A DNA stretch of 64,000 bases. Origin: an uncultured Hyphomicrobium sp. GTDB lineage: Bacteria > Pseudomonadota > Alphaproteobacteria > Rhizobiales > Hyphomicrobiaceae. Positions 1 to 9,163 of this stretch are shown in pieces. Position 1 is the stretch's first letter. Each line of letters opens with the position of its first letter. A program made the position numbers and the translations under genes. Location: assembly GCA_964508485.1 (NCBI GenBank), contig CAZDUD010000002.1:2469-66468 (forward strand), written 5' to 3'. The notes beneath the pieces are model-generated. The model was not told the DNA's origin. It did no database searches and worked only from the letters and a program-made list of their open reading frames with translations.

Positions 1-2036
1 AAGATCGCATCCATGCCGCGGTTGATCTTGCCGTTGGTGTACGTGTACGCGGCCTCGCCGAAGAAGTTCCACGGGCCGCCCGTGAAGGGCGCGCTTTCCA
101 CGCGAGCGGCAAGCTCGACGCCGTTGATCTCCACCTCGTCGAGCTGTCCGTAGATTCCGTCGCCGCCGGCATCCGAATAGCTCTCTTTGAGCTGGTACTC
201 GTCGATGAGGCTGTGGAAGTAGGCTACGTCGAACGTGAAGCCGCGAATAGCCGTCGAGCGCACGCCGACCTGGAAGTTGTCGCCGACCTCTTCGCCGAGC
301 GGGAAGTTGTCGGTTTCGACCTCACGGACGATATGCGGGGCGAAGCCGCGGTGATAGCCGCCGTAGACCGTGGTCCGGGGCATGGCTTCCCACGCGAAGC
401 CAAGCATGGGCAGCACATGGTCGTGCTCCGACGATGCCTTGGGACCACCGTCCGGGAAGGAGTTCCAGGCCGTGACGTCATAGGTCTCGAAGCGCACGCC
501 CGGCGTCACCGTGAGGCTCGGCGTCAGATGTATGGCGCTCTGAATGAACGCGGCAAACGAATCCGCCTCGAACTTGTCGATCGAGCCGTCGCCCTCTTCC
601 TCATCGGCATAAGGATCGATCCCGTCCGTCTCATAGGTCGCGCGGCAATCGCCCGAGTTGCTGCCGTCCAGAACCTCGCCCACAGCACCGAAGCTCGTGC
701 AGTTCGTCATCCTGTGGTGCTCGTAGCGAATGCCGGCCTGGATATCCTGGCGAATACCGGCGGCGAGCGGCACGTTGGCGAACTCGATGCGGCTCTCGGC
801 CCCGAACACCTCGTACTCGCGCTCGCGTCCGCGCATGTAGCCGTCCGGCTCGCCCGGCCCGTCATTGCGGCTCGAGAAGCGGCGGCGGTCATGATTGTGA
901 CCGTAGACGCGCGTCGAGAGCGTCGTGTCGTCGTCGATGTAGAGGTTGTGCGCCACCTGCAGATTGAGATGCTCGGCGTTGTACGTGTTGAACTCGAGCC
1001 CCTCCTCGTCGAAGATCGCCGACGGTTTGTTGTGCCCGTTCCTAAAGAAATCCGCGGCCGTGCCGACGAAGTTGTCCTCGTCGTAATCGTCGCGTTGGCG
1101 ATTGTAGGAGCCAGAGATTGTCAGGTCCTGCTGTGTTCCCTTGAAACCGATAGCACCGTAGAAGTCGTTGTAGCGCAGGCGCTCGATCTCCCATGCGCCG
1201 GGCGCCTCCGACCCGGAGTACGACGCCACGACGCCGACATTGCCGATGCCCTGGCGGGTATGGACGTGACGGTAGTTCCCGATCTCCTTGTCGACATCGT
1301 CGGTATAGCTGATCGACCCCTTGATGACGGTCTCGTCAGGCCCGAACGGGCTGAGGTTGCGGAAATTGATCACGCCATGGTTGTTCAGAGGGCCGTAGGC
1401 AACGACGGTGCCGCGGATCACCTCGATGCTTTCGACGCGGTCAGTCGGCGGCGTGTAGTGCGTCGAGGGATCGAGATAGCTCGAGAAGTTGATGGAGGCG
1501 CCGTCCTCCATCACGAGCACTTTGCGCGAGCGACGGAAGTTGGAGCCGCGGATGCCGATACCGGAGTGATGGCCGAGGCCATCATCTGTGACCGTGACGA
1601 TGCCGGGCACGCTGCGCAGGGCCTCGTGGTTATTGAGCGGGCGCTGCTCCTCGAGCTCGGTGCTCGTCACACGGCTTGCGGCGCTGGGAAAGTCCTGCAG
1701 GTCGCCTGGGATAATGGTCGTCGGATTGATGGGCGACAGCGGACCGCTCTCGGCCCGCGCGGCGGCGGCGCCGCTTGCAGTAGCCCCATAGGGCGAGTTC
1801 TCGAGCGCAGGCGCCTCGTCGGCAACCTCGGCCGGCGGCGGCTGCTGCGCGGGAGAGGCTGCTTTGGCTGCCGGCGCCTTCTTCTTGGCGGCTGGTGTGG
1901 CCTTTTTCTGGATGACCTGAACGTCCGGCAGTGCCTGTCCGGCCGGCTCGGCCGCGGTCTGGGCGGAGGCGTTCGACGCCACGAGCCCGACGGCACCAGC
2001 CATGACCGAGAGCTTCAGATAAACCTTGAGTGTCAT
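1..2036 (-). CDS. TonB-dependent outer membrane receptor, FecA-like (runs off the left edge; absent from the ORF track)
   Basis: Hand translation from the ATG at 2036, with a GGGGAGGT RBS upstream. Signal peptide MTLKVYLKLSVMAGAVGLVASNASA, an Ala/Pro/Lys linker, then plug motifs EALRSVPGI, GIGIRGSNFRRSRKVLVMEDG and VESIEVIRG, followed by beta-strand-like sequence. Confidence 0.9.
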   Translation of the reverse strand, partial: MTLKVYLKLSVMAGAVGLVASNASAQTAAEPAGQALPDVQVIQKKATPAAKKKAPAAKAASPAQQPPPAEVADEAPALENSPYGATASGAAAARAESGPLSPINPTTIIPGDLQDFPSAASRVTSTELEEQRPLNNHEALRSVPGIVTVTDDGLGHHSGIGIRGSNFRRSRKVLVMEDGASINFSSYLDPSTHYTPPTDRVESIEVIRGTVVAYGPLNNHGVINFRNLSPFGPDETVIKGSISYTDDVDKEIGNYRHVHTRQGIGNVGVVASYSGSEAPGAWEIERLRYNDFYGAIGFKGTQQDLTISGSYNRQRDDYDEDNFVGTAADFFRNGHNKPSAIFDEEGLEFNTYNAEHLNLQVAHNLYIDDDTTLSTRVYGHNHDRRRFSSRNDGPGEPDGYMRGREREYEVFGAESRIEFANVPLAAGIRQDIQAGIRYEHHRMTNCTSFGAVGEVLDGSNSGDCRATYETDGIDPYADEEEGDGSIDKFEADSFAAFIQSAIHLTPSLTVTPGVRFETYDVTAWNSFPDGGPKASSEHDHVLPMLGFAWEAMPRTTVYGGYHRGFAPHIVREVETDNFPLGEEVGDNFQVGVRSTAIRGFTFDVAYFHSLIDEYQLKESYSDAGGDGIYGQLDEVEINGVELAARVESAPFTGGPWNFFGEAAYTYTNGKINRGMDAI

Positions 2037-2518
2037 TATGTACCTCCCCACACGCGCCGCTGGAGCGGACGCACCCCCCGAGCTGCCTAGCCGTCGATGT
2101 CGGAAATCATCCCGCAGAGGATGCGAGGCACTCCCGGAAACGAGCGGGCAGTTTTGATATAAAGTTGCCGCATGTTCTCGGTGCCGACCGGGACCAGCAA
2201 TTCGGTGTGGTTCCATGCGGTGGCATTGATCGGGGCGTATGCCGCCGTATAATTACATAGAATCGCAGGAAAATCGGGAAAAACTCCCGGATCGTCGTGG
2301 GAGAAACGACCAGGACCGAATCCCCCCCTCGATTGTTTCGTGCCAGGGCGCACGCGCCTGAACTCTAGGGGCACGACGACGTCTGCATTGCGCCGACTGC
2401 ATCCGACCCCGTAAGCAGAAGAGCGCGCTTCCCACAATTGGGTGTCAGCGCGGGCGGTGGTATGGATCAGGCGACGCGCCTGCGTAGTCCGACGGACGCG
2501 CACCGAGAGGACCATCAA

Positions 2519-4198
2519 ATGTATGAGTGGAGCCAGGAAGCGTCGGCGAGAAATCTGCCTGTGGCCTCCCTGTTTTCACGCCCTCCCGTCACCGTCGGCC
2601 TGGCCTACTTGGCGGCCTACGTGTTTCTGGATTGGGTGAGCTACATCACCCCGGTCGCGCCGGCCGGCGTGACGCCGTGGAATCCCGCGACGGGCTTGAG
2701 CTTCGCCCTCGTGCTCCTGCTCGGTCGCGAATACCTGCCTTGGCTGTTCATCGCGCCGATGGTCGCCAATGCATTGCTCATTGATCAGAACCTGCCGATC
2801 GCGGTGCACCTGCTGGGGGCGGTCATTATCGGCATAGGCTACGGCGCAGCCACCATCCTCCTGACGCAACCGCGCCTCCAGTTCGACCGGACGCTCAGCA
2901 CCAAGCGGTCCCTGCTGCTTCTGATTGCCGTTGCAGCCGTGAGCACCGGCGTTGTGGCCATCATGTATGTTGGCGTGCTGGCGGCCTTCGGCGTGGTCCA
3001 GCCGGCGCAAATGCTGGAAACGACAGCACATCAATGGATCGGCGACATGATCGGCGTGACCGTCGTCACACCGTTCCTGCTGATACTCTTTACGCGGCGG
3101 CGCGTTTTGGTTCCCTCGCTGGAGCTGGCTGCACTGGTCCTGGTCTTGGCCCTGACCCTAGCCGCCGTGTTCGGACTCTCCGACAGCTTCCGCGTCAAGC
3201 AGTTCTACCTGTTCTTTCTTCCGGTAATGTGGATGGCCGTGCGGTTCGGCCTCGAAGGTGTGACGGGTGGGCTGGTGCTGACGCAGATTGGGCTCATGGC
3301 AGCCATGCACTACGCAGGCGTGGAGGCCGGAGAGGTTACGGCCTACCAGGCCCTTATGATCGTGCTCGCCCTCACCGGATTGACGATCGGCGCCATCGTC
3401 AATGAGCAGCTCCGCACTCAGGCGCAGTTGCGGCGCAATCAGGAAGCGCTCGAGCGCGCGGCGCGCCTCGACAGCATGGGCGCGTTCGCGGCCGCGCTGG
3501 CCCACGAGATCAATCAGCCGCTGACAGCCATCTCCAATTACACCCGGTTGGCCAAGATGGCGGTCGAGAAGCAGCCGGCGGACGCTGAAACGGCGCGCGC
3601 GGCTGCCGAGCATGCTGTCGCCCAGGTTGACCGCGCGGCAGAGGTCGTGCGCAGGCTCCGTGATTTCATTCAGCTCGGACGCAACGAGATGGTGCCGCAA
3701 TCGTGCGCGGACCTGATCCGTGAGGCGATCTCGCATTGCCGCCTCGACACCCAGGCCAATAACGTCGTGGTGGAAACACGGATCGCACGCGCATTGCCGC
3801 TCGTTGTGTGTGACGGGCTGCAGATCCAGCAGGTTCTGATCAACTTGATCCGGAACGCCGCAGACTCCATATCCTCCAGCGGAAGGCCCAATGGCCGCAT
3901 TGTGGTGGCGGCGGAGCTGACGGACGCCAATCGCGTAATCGTGATGGTGCGCGATAACGGTCCGGGCTTCGATCCGGACATCCTGGCGCGTGCATTGACG
4001 CCGTTCACCACGACGAAGCCGGAAGGCTTGGGGCTCGGTCTCGCGCTCGCCCGCTCGACGGCCGAGACGCATGGCGGCCAGCTTCTGATTGAAAGCACTG
4101 GTGCTGGAGCCTCAGTTTCCTTTACTCTGCCCGTTCTCAATGCGACATCGACATATCCCCCCGAAACTCAGGAACTACAAAGAGGAACGCCGACGTGA
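2519..4198 (+). CDS. MASE1-domain sensor histidine kinase with a FixL-like kinase core
   Basis: Multi-TM N-terminus with a PWNPATG motif. H-box ALAHEINQPL, N-box NLIRNA, DNGPG and PFTTTKPEGLGLGL. GAGAGGA RBS before ATG 2519. Confidence 0.9.
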   Translation: MYEWSQEASARNLPVASLFSRPPVTVGLAYLAAYVFLDWVSYITPVAPAGVTPWNPATGLSFALVLLLGREYLPWLFIAPMVANALLIDQNLPIAVHLLGAVIIGIGYGAATILLTQPRLQFDRTLSTKRSLLLLIAVAAVSTGVVAIMYVGVLAAFGVVQPAQMLETTAHQWIGDMIGVTVVTPFLLILFTRRRVLVPSLELAALVLVLALTLAAVFGLSDSFRVKQFYLFFLPVMWMAVRFGLEGVTGGLVLTQIGLMAAMHYAGVEAGEVTAYQALMIVLALTGLTIGAIVNEQLRTQAQLRRNQEALERAARLDSMGAFAAALAHEINQPLTAISNYTRLAKMAVEKQPADAETARAAAEHAVAQVDRAAEVVRRLRDFIQLGRNEMVPQSCADLIREAISHCRLDTQANNVVVETRIARALPLVVCDGLQIQQVLINLIRNAADSISSSGRPNGRIVVAAELTDANRVIVMVRDNGPGFDPDILARALTPFTTTKPEGLGLGLALARSTAETHGGQLLIESTGAGASVSFTLPVLNATSTYPPETQELQRGTPT

Positions 4199-4803
4199 CC
4201 GTAGCTTTGATCGACGACGATTCCGCCGTGCTGCATTCGATGCGGCTTTTGATCGAAAGCCGCGACATTCCCGTTGCGTGCTATGAATCCGCCGAGGCTT
4301 TTCTTGCCGATCTCCCTGGCCAGAAGCCGTCCTGCGTCGTCGCGGATGTGCGCATGCCCGGAATGACGGGCCTTGAGCTGCAGCGCGAATTGAAACACCG
4401 CAACCACGACGCTCCGCTCATCCTGATCAGCGGACATGCCGACGTCTCGATGGCCGTCGAGGCGTTGAAGGAAGGTGCATTCGACTTCTTCGAAAAGCCC
4501 TACGACGGCGAGCGTTTGGCAACGAGCGTCTGGGACGCGGTGCAAAAGGGGCGCCGCCAGACTACGGAGTCGCACGAGCGCATCGACATCGCCGAGCGTC
4601 TGAAGGCGCTATCGCCGCGCCAGCGCGAAGTGTTGGAGTTCGTCGCGTCCGGCATGTCCAATAAGCAGATCGCCGCCAAGCTCTCGATCAGCCCGCGCAC
4701 GGTCGAAACTTACCGCGCCTGGGTCATGGAGCGCATGGGCGCCGTGAACGTGGCCGATCTGGTGCGCAAGGTGAGCGCTTTCCTGCCGTCCGAGCAGAAG
4801 TAA
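4195..4803 (+). CDS. FixJ-family response regulator (REC + LuxR HTH)
   Basis: IDDD, CVVADVRMPGMTG, FFEKP and LSPRQREVL...SNKQIAAKLSISPRTVE. GTGA overlap with the kinase stop codon. Confidence 0.93.
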   Translation: MTVALIDDDSAVLHSMRLLIESRDIPVACYESAEAFLADLPGQKPSCVVADVRMPGMTGLELQRELKHRNHDAPLILISGHADVSMAVEALKEGAFDFFEKPYDGERLATSVWDAVQKGRRQTTESHERIDIAERLKALSPRQREVLEFVASGMSNKQIAAKLSISPRTVETYRAWVMERMGAVNVADLVRKVSAFLPSEQK

Positions 4804-4828
4804 CCTCACACACTTGTTGCGAGCATTG

Positions 4829-4860
4829 AGAAGCCGCCGCACCCGTTGGCGGCTTCTTTG
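4829..4860 (+). terminator. Intrinsic terminator after the response regulator
   Basis: Stem AGAAGCCGCC / GGCGGCTTCT followed by a short T run. Confidence 0.55.
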
Positions 4861-4881
4861 CGTTTGGGCCGCTGGCGAGAA

Positions 4882-4907
4882 GGAACCCCATCACGCAGCC
4901 GCGCGTT
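4882..4907 (+). promoter_or_regulatory. Sigma-EcfG-type promoter
   Basis: GGAAC-N17-CGTT about 70 nt upstream of the small ORF at 4977. Confidence 0.7.
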
Positions 4908-4976
4908 TGAAGTTCAAACGGGCACCGCGCGCTGAGCCAATCGCCGAGCGTGCTGCTGCTGGCAAAAAGAAAGAAT

Positions 4977-5060
4977 ATGGTCATGCGCTACGTGCTTCTT
5001 TGGGCTCTCGGCGTTCCGATCTCCGGGCTAGTCGTCTTGCATATCTTCGGACTGATCTAG
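4977..5060 (+). CDS. 27-aa hydrophobic small protein MVMRYVLLWALGVPISGLVVLHIFGLI (absent from the ORF track)
   Basis: Hand translation. Single TM with an LLWxLGVP pattern, EcfG-type promoter upstream and a strong terminator downstream. Confidence 0.7.
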   Translation: MVMRYVLLWALGVPISGLVVLHIFGLI

Positions 5061-5097
5061 TCCGCGCGCCGGACGAGGCCATGCCCCACCCATGCGA

Positions 5098-5130
5098 GAA
5101 AGCCGGCCTCGAAGGCCGGCTTTTTTCTTT
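5098..5130 (+). terminator. Intrinsic terminator
   Basis: AAGCCGGCCT-CGA-AGGCCGGCTT followed by TTTTCTTT. Confidence 0.8.
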
Positions 5131-5318
5131 CCGCCGAGCGCCGCTTGAAAGACCGCCTCCGCGCGAAAATTTCCGAACGGCGATCAATGAAAATGCCTCA
5201 AGATGAAGCACGCGTTTGCATCGCGCACACCAAGAGAGAGCCATGCTTTGGTCCATTTTCGGCGTCATAGAGACCCTTGATCAGCAAGGAAAATGTGTCT
5301 CGAGGAGATCTGCGGACG

Positions 5319-6683
5319 ATGCCGCAAATCGTTCACGGCGAATGCTTGCGAAAGGCGCTCTGGTCTGTGGCTCTCTGCGCTGGAGCCACGGCTTCGCATC
5401 AGGCGGCGGCGGATGCGAGTGCAGGCTGTGACGCGGCCAATCGCGGCGCCTTGAACATGCAGGTCCCTGTCGGTGGAAACGCCGCGCGGGAGGCATCGTT
5501 CTTGGAAGGCGAAACGTTGACGCTCAACGTTTCGACGCAAGGCTCGGCGGCCATCACAGTCTCCAGCGACGGCACCTCAGCGCGCACGCTGCACTCCGGA
5601 CGCGCCTCGGCCGTGCTGTTTGTTGCGCCGAGCTCGACATCCTACGGCTTTCGCCTGGATGCGGATCAGGCGGCCAATGCCAGCGTTAGCATCACGTGCT
5701 CCTCCGTCGCCAAGGCGAACGCCGAGCGCGCGCTGATCGATCGCCGCAAGGCATTCCTCGCATCGCGCGATCCAGACCGCATCCGCATCGACCGGCCTCC
5801 GACGCAGGCGAAAGCAATCGACTCCTTGACGCCGTCCACAACCGATGGCGCCTTGCCGCGCGAGGTCACGACCTCCGTCAGCCTGTCGGAGCTGGCAGCC
5901 GCCATGAACCTCGGCCAGAACCACGACCCGAGCATTCTCGATTTCTGGTTCGAGGGCCGCTACACGGCGTACGATCTCGACGCGCGAGACAACGGCAACT
6001 TCAGCGTCATGTATTTCGGCACCAAGTACATGCTTGGGCCGGACATCATGCTCGGATACCTCACGCAGTTCGACCAGGCCGTGGAGCAGAGCCGCTTGAA
6101 CGGGGGCTTGTCCGCCAGCGGTTGGATGGCCGGCCCCTACATGAGCGTTCGCTTCGGCCAAGGCGTTGTATTCGATGGGCGCGCGGCGTGGGGCACGGCA
6201 GAGAACCTTCCGAACGGCGTAATGCTGGATACGGGAACAGCAGACCGCAAGCTGGTCCGCGGAACACTACGCGGCACCCGCCAGCTCGGCGGGTGGACCA
6301 TCGCGCCGAGTGTGGGCTTGAGCTACGTGGAGGATACGCCGGCATTCGAGAGCATGGCGCTCTCGGACACCTCTCCGTCCGGGACCGGACGTCTCGACGT
6401 GCTGCCCGAGATGAAACGCCGGTTCGATCTCAACAGCGACACCTATGTCGAGCCGCGCATTGCGGCCGGAGGCTTTCTGTCGTTCGACGACATCAATCGG
6501 CTGGGGCCGCGCGGCTTCACGATGACGGATCCCGATCTGCACTGGAAGGCCGAAGCCGGCGTCGCCGTGGGCGTGAAGGACAGTATGAACCTCGAGGCGA
6601 CGGGCGGCGTGGAGACCGGCGGCGCGTCTGCCGCGGACACCTGGTCGGGCAAGCTTCAGCTCAACATGCCCCTCGGCAACTGA
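5319..6683 (+). CDS. Autotransporter beta-domain outer membrane protein with a short passenger
   Basis: Signal-like N-terminus and a Cys pair in the passenger. The C-terminal barrel has alternating strands (FWFEGRY, GWMAGPYMSVRF, WSGKLQLNMPL). GAGGAG RBS upstream. Confidence 0.75.
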   Translation: MPQIVHGECLRKALWSVALCAGATASHQAAADASAGCDAANRGALNMQVPVGGNAAREASFLEGETLTLNVSTQGSAAITVSSDGTSARTLHSGRASAVLFVAPSSTSYGFRLDADQAANASVSITCSSVAKANAERALIDRRKAFLASRDPDRIRIDRPPTQAKAIDSLTPSTTDGALPREVTTSVSLSELAAAMNLGQNHDPSILDFWFEGRYTAYDLDARDNGNFSVMYFGTKYMLGPDIMLGYLTQFDQAVEQSRLNGGLSASGWMAGPYMSVRFGQGVVFDGRAAWGTAENLPNGVMLDTGTADRKLVRGTLRGTRQLGGWTIAPSVGLSYVEDTPAFESMALSDTSPSGTGRLDVLPEMKRRFDLNSDTYVEPRIAAGGFLSFDDINRLGPRGFTMTDPDLHWKAEAGVAVGVKDSMNLEATGGVETGGASAADTWSGKLQLNMPLGN

Positions 6684-6697
6684 GCCGGCGGTACGCG

Positions 6698-7522
6698 TCA
6701 GCGTGCCGTGTGCGGGCGCGGCGGCTCGCCAAGACCGAAAGCACGATCTCCGGGCCCAGCCGATGCGGCCGCGGGCGGTGGATCGGCTGACGCGGCTCTC
6801 GATCCCTCATCCGGCGCAGGTGCCGCCCCTCGCGCCCCATAGAGCGCGACAGCGCCGGCGATGTCGCCCGCTTGCAGCCCGCGCGCGCCCTCGACATAGC
6901 GGAAGCTCATGAGCTGACCCTCGGGGCTCGGGTGATCGAGCCCGATCGCATGCCCGATCTCGTGCGTGATCGTGAAGCGCACGTCGTAGACGTCGAGGTT
7001 CCCGTCGAAACCGACTTTCCAGGGCCGCTGCGGGTTGAGACAGATGAGCGACTGTCGGATTGCGCCGACCGCAGTCGCAGGCGTGCCGGACGGCGCATCC
7101 TTGAGGGCCACGTTCGTGAAGGCGCGCCCACGCGCCTTTGCGTCCGCGCCGATCAGAATGCCGGCGTCCGCAAGAGACGTCGTTTCCTCGAACGTGATAT
7201 TGGCCGCGCGCTCCCAAGTCGAGAAAGCAGCCCGCACCTCGCGCCGGAAATCGGCATTGCTGATATGCGAAGGCTCGAGTGCGGCTTCGGGAGGCAGCAT
7301 CGCGTCGCAGTTGCGCGCACCGGGAAACTGCGCCGGCGCCGTCAGGAACGCGTAGCGGATTGTCGGCGGAAGCCCTGTGTCAGGGATTGCCCAGCGGACC
7401 GTTCGCCCGCCGATCTCCAGAAGCCGGAACTCGGGTCTCTGGCTCACGTCGTCTGCGCGCACGCCTGCGCCGGCCGACACGATGGCCAGCAGAAGGCTCG
7501 CAGTCAGAAGTGGTCCCCTCAA
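6698..7522 (-). CDS. Matrixin (M10-type) secreted zinc metalloprotease
   Basis: HEIGHAIGLDH zinc motif, Met-turn QLMSF, DIAGAVALYG and signal peptide. TTG start inferred from the AGGGGAA RBS; the ORF track extends to 7657. Confidence 0.85.
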   Translation of the reverse strand: MRGPLLTASLLLAIVSAGAGVRADDVSQRPEFRLLEIGGRTVRWAIPDTGLPPTIRYAFLTAPAQFPGARNCDAMLPPEAALEPSHISNADFRREVRAAFSTWERAANITFEETTSLADAGILIGADAKARGRAFTNVALKDAPSGTPATAVGAIRQSLICLNPQRPWKVGFDGNLDVYDVRFTITHEIGHAIGLDHPSPEGQLMSFRYVEGARGLQAGDIAGAVALYGARGAAPAPDEGSRAASADPPPAAASAGPGDRAFGLGEPPRPHTAR

Positions 7523-7686
7523 CGAATTCCCCTGCTCTCGATCCGCCGCAGAGATGAATGGCGGATGAACAACACGACGCGAGAATGAACGGCGAGTGAA
7601 TGCAGGTTTTTTAAAGTGAGAGATTGTGACCGTCAACGCGCGCGACGCATCGTACAAGTTTGCCGCACATAGTGATTTTGCGCCTT

Positions 7687-7716
7687 AAATGGAGTTCCAC
7701 TGTTGGAACTCCATTT
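7687..7716. repeat. Perfect 13-bp inverted repeat overlapping a promoter
   Basis: AAATGGAGTTCCA-ctgt-TGGAACTCCATTT. Confidence 0.9.
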
Positions 7717-7730
7717 GTGATCACTACGTT
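7705..7730 (+). promoter_or_regulatory. Sigma-EcfG-type promoter
   Basis: GGAAC-N17-CGTT, 37 nt before ATG 7768. Confidence 0.75.
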
Positions 7731-7767
7731 ACCTCTGAGATCACGCACGATCGATTGGAGTGCACAA

Positions 7768-8082
7768 ATGAACGTAGTGAAAGCGACGTTTCTTGCGGCC
7801 ACGTTGGCTGCGGCTTCGCTCAGTCTCGGAGGAAACGCCAACGCGGCACCTGTTGGTGCAATCGGTAAGGCGGTGAGCACGGAGCAGACAAACAACCTGC
7901 AGCAGGTGCACTATCGCTCCTATCGCCACTGCCATCGCGGCAAGTACGGTCGCCGCTGGTGCCATAGCGGCTACCGCCGTTACGGCTACTATGATTATGG
8001 CTACCAGCCCGGCTTCTCGATCTACATCGGGCCGCGCTTCGGCCATCATCACCGTCATCGCCATTGGCGCCATCGCCACTAG
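7768..8082 (+). CDS. Small secreted His/Arg/Tyr/Gly-rich protein
   Basis: GGAG RBS and a signal peptide ending ANA-A. The mature part contains RHCHRGKYGRRWCHSG and ends GHHHRHRHWRHRH. Confidence 0.8.
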   Translation: MNVVKATFLAATLAAASLSLGGNANAAPVGAIGKAVSTEQTNNLQQVHYRSYRHCHRGKYGRRWCHSGYRRYGYYDYGYQPGFSIYIGPRFGHHHRHRHWRHRH

Positions 8083-8173
8083 ACCACTAGACCATGATCG
8101 CTTCGGACCCCAACAATCCGAAGCGTGAATCATCGGTCTCATAGGAGTCGTTAGGCTCACGCGCGCGACCGGA

Positions 8174-8217
8174 GGAAGGGCCTGCCCGACAGATCGGTGC
8201 GGGCCCTTCCGCTTTTC
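8174..8217. terminator. Hairpin/terminator between convergent genes
   Basis: GGAAGGGCC...GGCCCTTCC stem followed by GCTTTT. Confidence 0.55.
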
Positions 8218-9046
8218 AGCCAAGCGAGCGGGGCTGGTCCCGAGGCACAGGCATTCCGAGTGAAACGAGCCGCCGCGTCAGTTGATCGAGCCAGTTGATG
8301 ACCGACGATGGCCCCGCAAAGTCCGCCAGATCATCGTCGTAGTGCTCGCCCGCAACGCGAAGCGCAAAGCCGTGTAGGCCTTCCGCGGCTGCAAACGCGG
8401 CCTCGTCGCCGATGTCGTCTCCGATCATGATGGGCGTGCGGTTACGGAATGCCGGCAGCTTGGACAGGGTTGCGAGCGCGGTACCCTTGGAGAGGCCGGA
8501 CGGAATGACCTCGAACAGCCGCTTGCCCGGCAGCAGCTCGAACGCGCCGGCATGCTTGTCGAGCGAGGCCTCGAGTGCAGCGAGGATGACAGGCTCTGCC
8601 TGCGGTGCCAGACGGTAGTGGACAGCAAGGCCGGCACCCTTCGGCTCGGCGATCACGCCCGGGATCGTAAGCGCGAGCGTGCGCATCGATTGCACGACGT
8701 CCGGCGGCAGCACGGCTGTGACACGCTCGATCTCGCGGTCGGAGTCCACACGGAGCTCCGCGCCGTGCACGCCCGACGCCGGTAGCCTCAGCGGCGCAAG
8801 CAGGAGGTCGATTTCCGAGATGAGGCGTCCGGTGATGATGGCCACGGCACCGTCGAAGACGAGCGTCAGGCGCTGCAGGATGGGGATCAGCCCGTCGGGA
8901 ACACGGACGCCCTTGGGCGTAGGGGCGAGATCCAGGAGCGTTCCGTCGACATCGAGAAACAGAGCGCACGCACGGGGGTTGGCGAGAATGGCCGATGTGC
9001 AGGCGCTGAGGCGCGGCCTGAACGTCGGTATCGTCTCAGCAGTCAT
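8216..9046 (-). CDS. otsB: Trehalose-6-phosphate phosphatase (HAD family)
   Basis: LFLDVDGTLLD, TGR, GVHGAE, VHYR, SKG and IGDDIGDE motifs. Confidence 0.9.
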   Translation of the reverse strand: MTAETIPTFRPRLSACTSAILANPRACALFLDVDGTLLDLAPTPKGVRVPDGLIPILQRLTLVFDGAVAIITGRLISEIDLLLAPLRLPASGVHGAELRVDSDREIERVTAVLPPDVVQSMRTLALTIPGVIAEPKGAGLAVHYRLAPQAEPVILAALEASLDKHAGAFELLPGKRLFEVIPSGLSKGTALATLSKLPAFRNRTPIMIGDDIGDEAAFAAAEGLHGFALRVAGEHYDDDLADFAGPSSVINWLDQLTRRLVSLGMPVPRDQPRSLG

Positions 9047-9163
9047 CTCGCTTTCCGCACCTCACTGAAGCTTAGCGCCATCCTATCGGGCAAAACGTAA
9101 CCCGTTCGTTATCGAGCCATTGAGCCTTTGAGAACGTGACCCAGGTGTGGCCGCATGTAAACC

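Noticed and set aside
213-2090. 625-aa plus-strand ORF
   Set aside because: Antisense shadow of the TonB-dependent receptor, which has the motifs, RBS and signal peptide.
2040-2440. Possible cobalamin riboswitch or sigma-54 promoter upstream of the TonB receptor
   Set aside because: No B12-box or GCCACTG core seen on the minus strand, and the TGGCAC near 2340 lacks TTGC at the right spacing.
2519-4803. Calling the pair fixL/fixJ
   Set aside because: There is no PAS/heme domain and no fix genes nearby.
5275-5289. CCTTGATCAGCAAGG as a FixK/FNR box
   Set aside because: Spacing is too short for TTGAT-N4-ATCAA.
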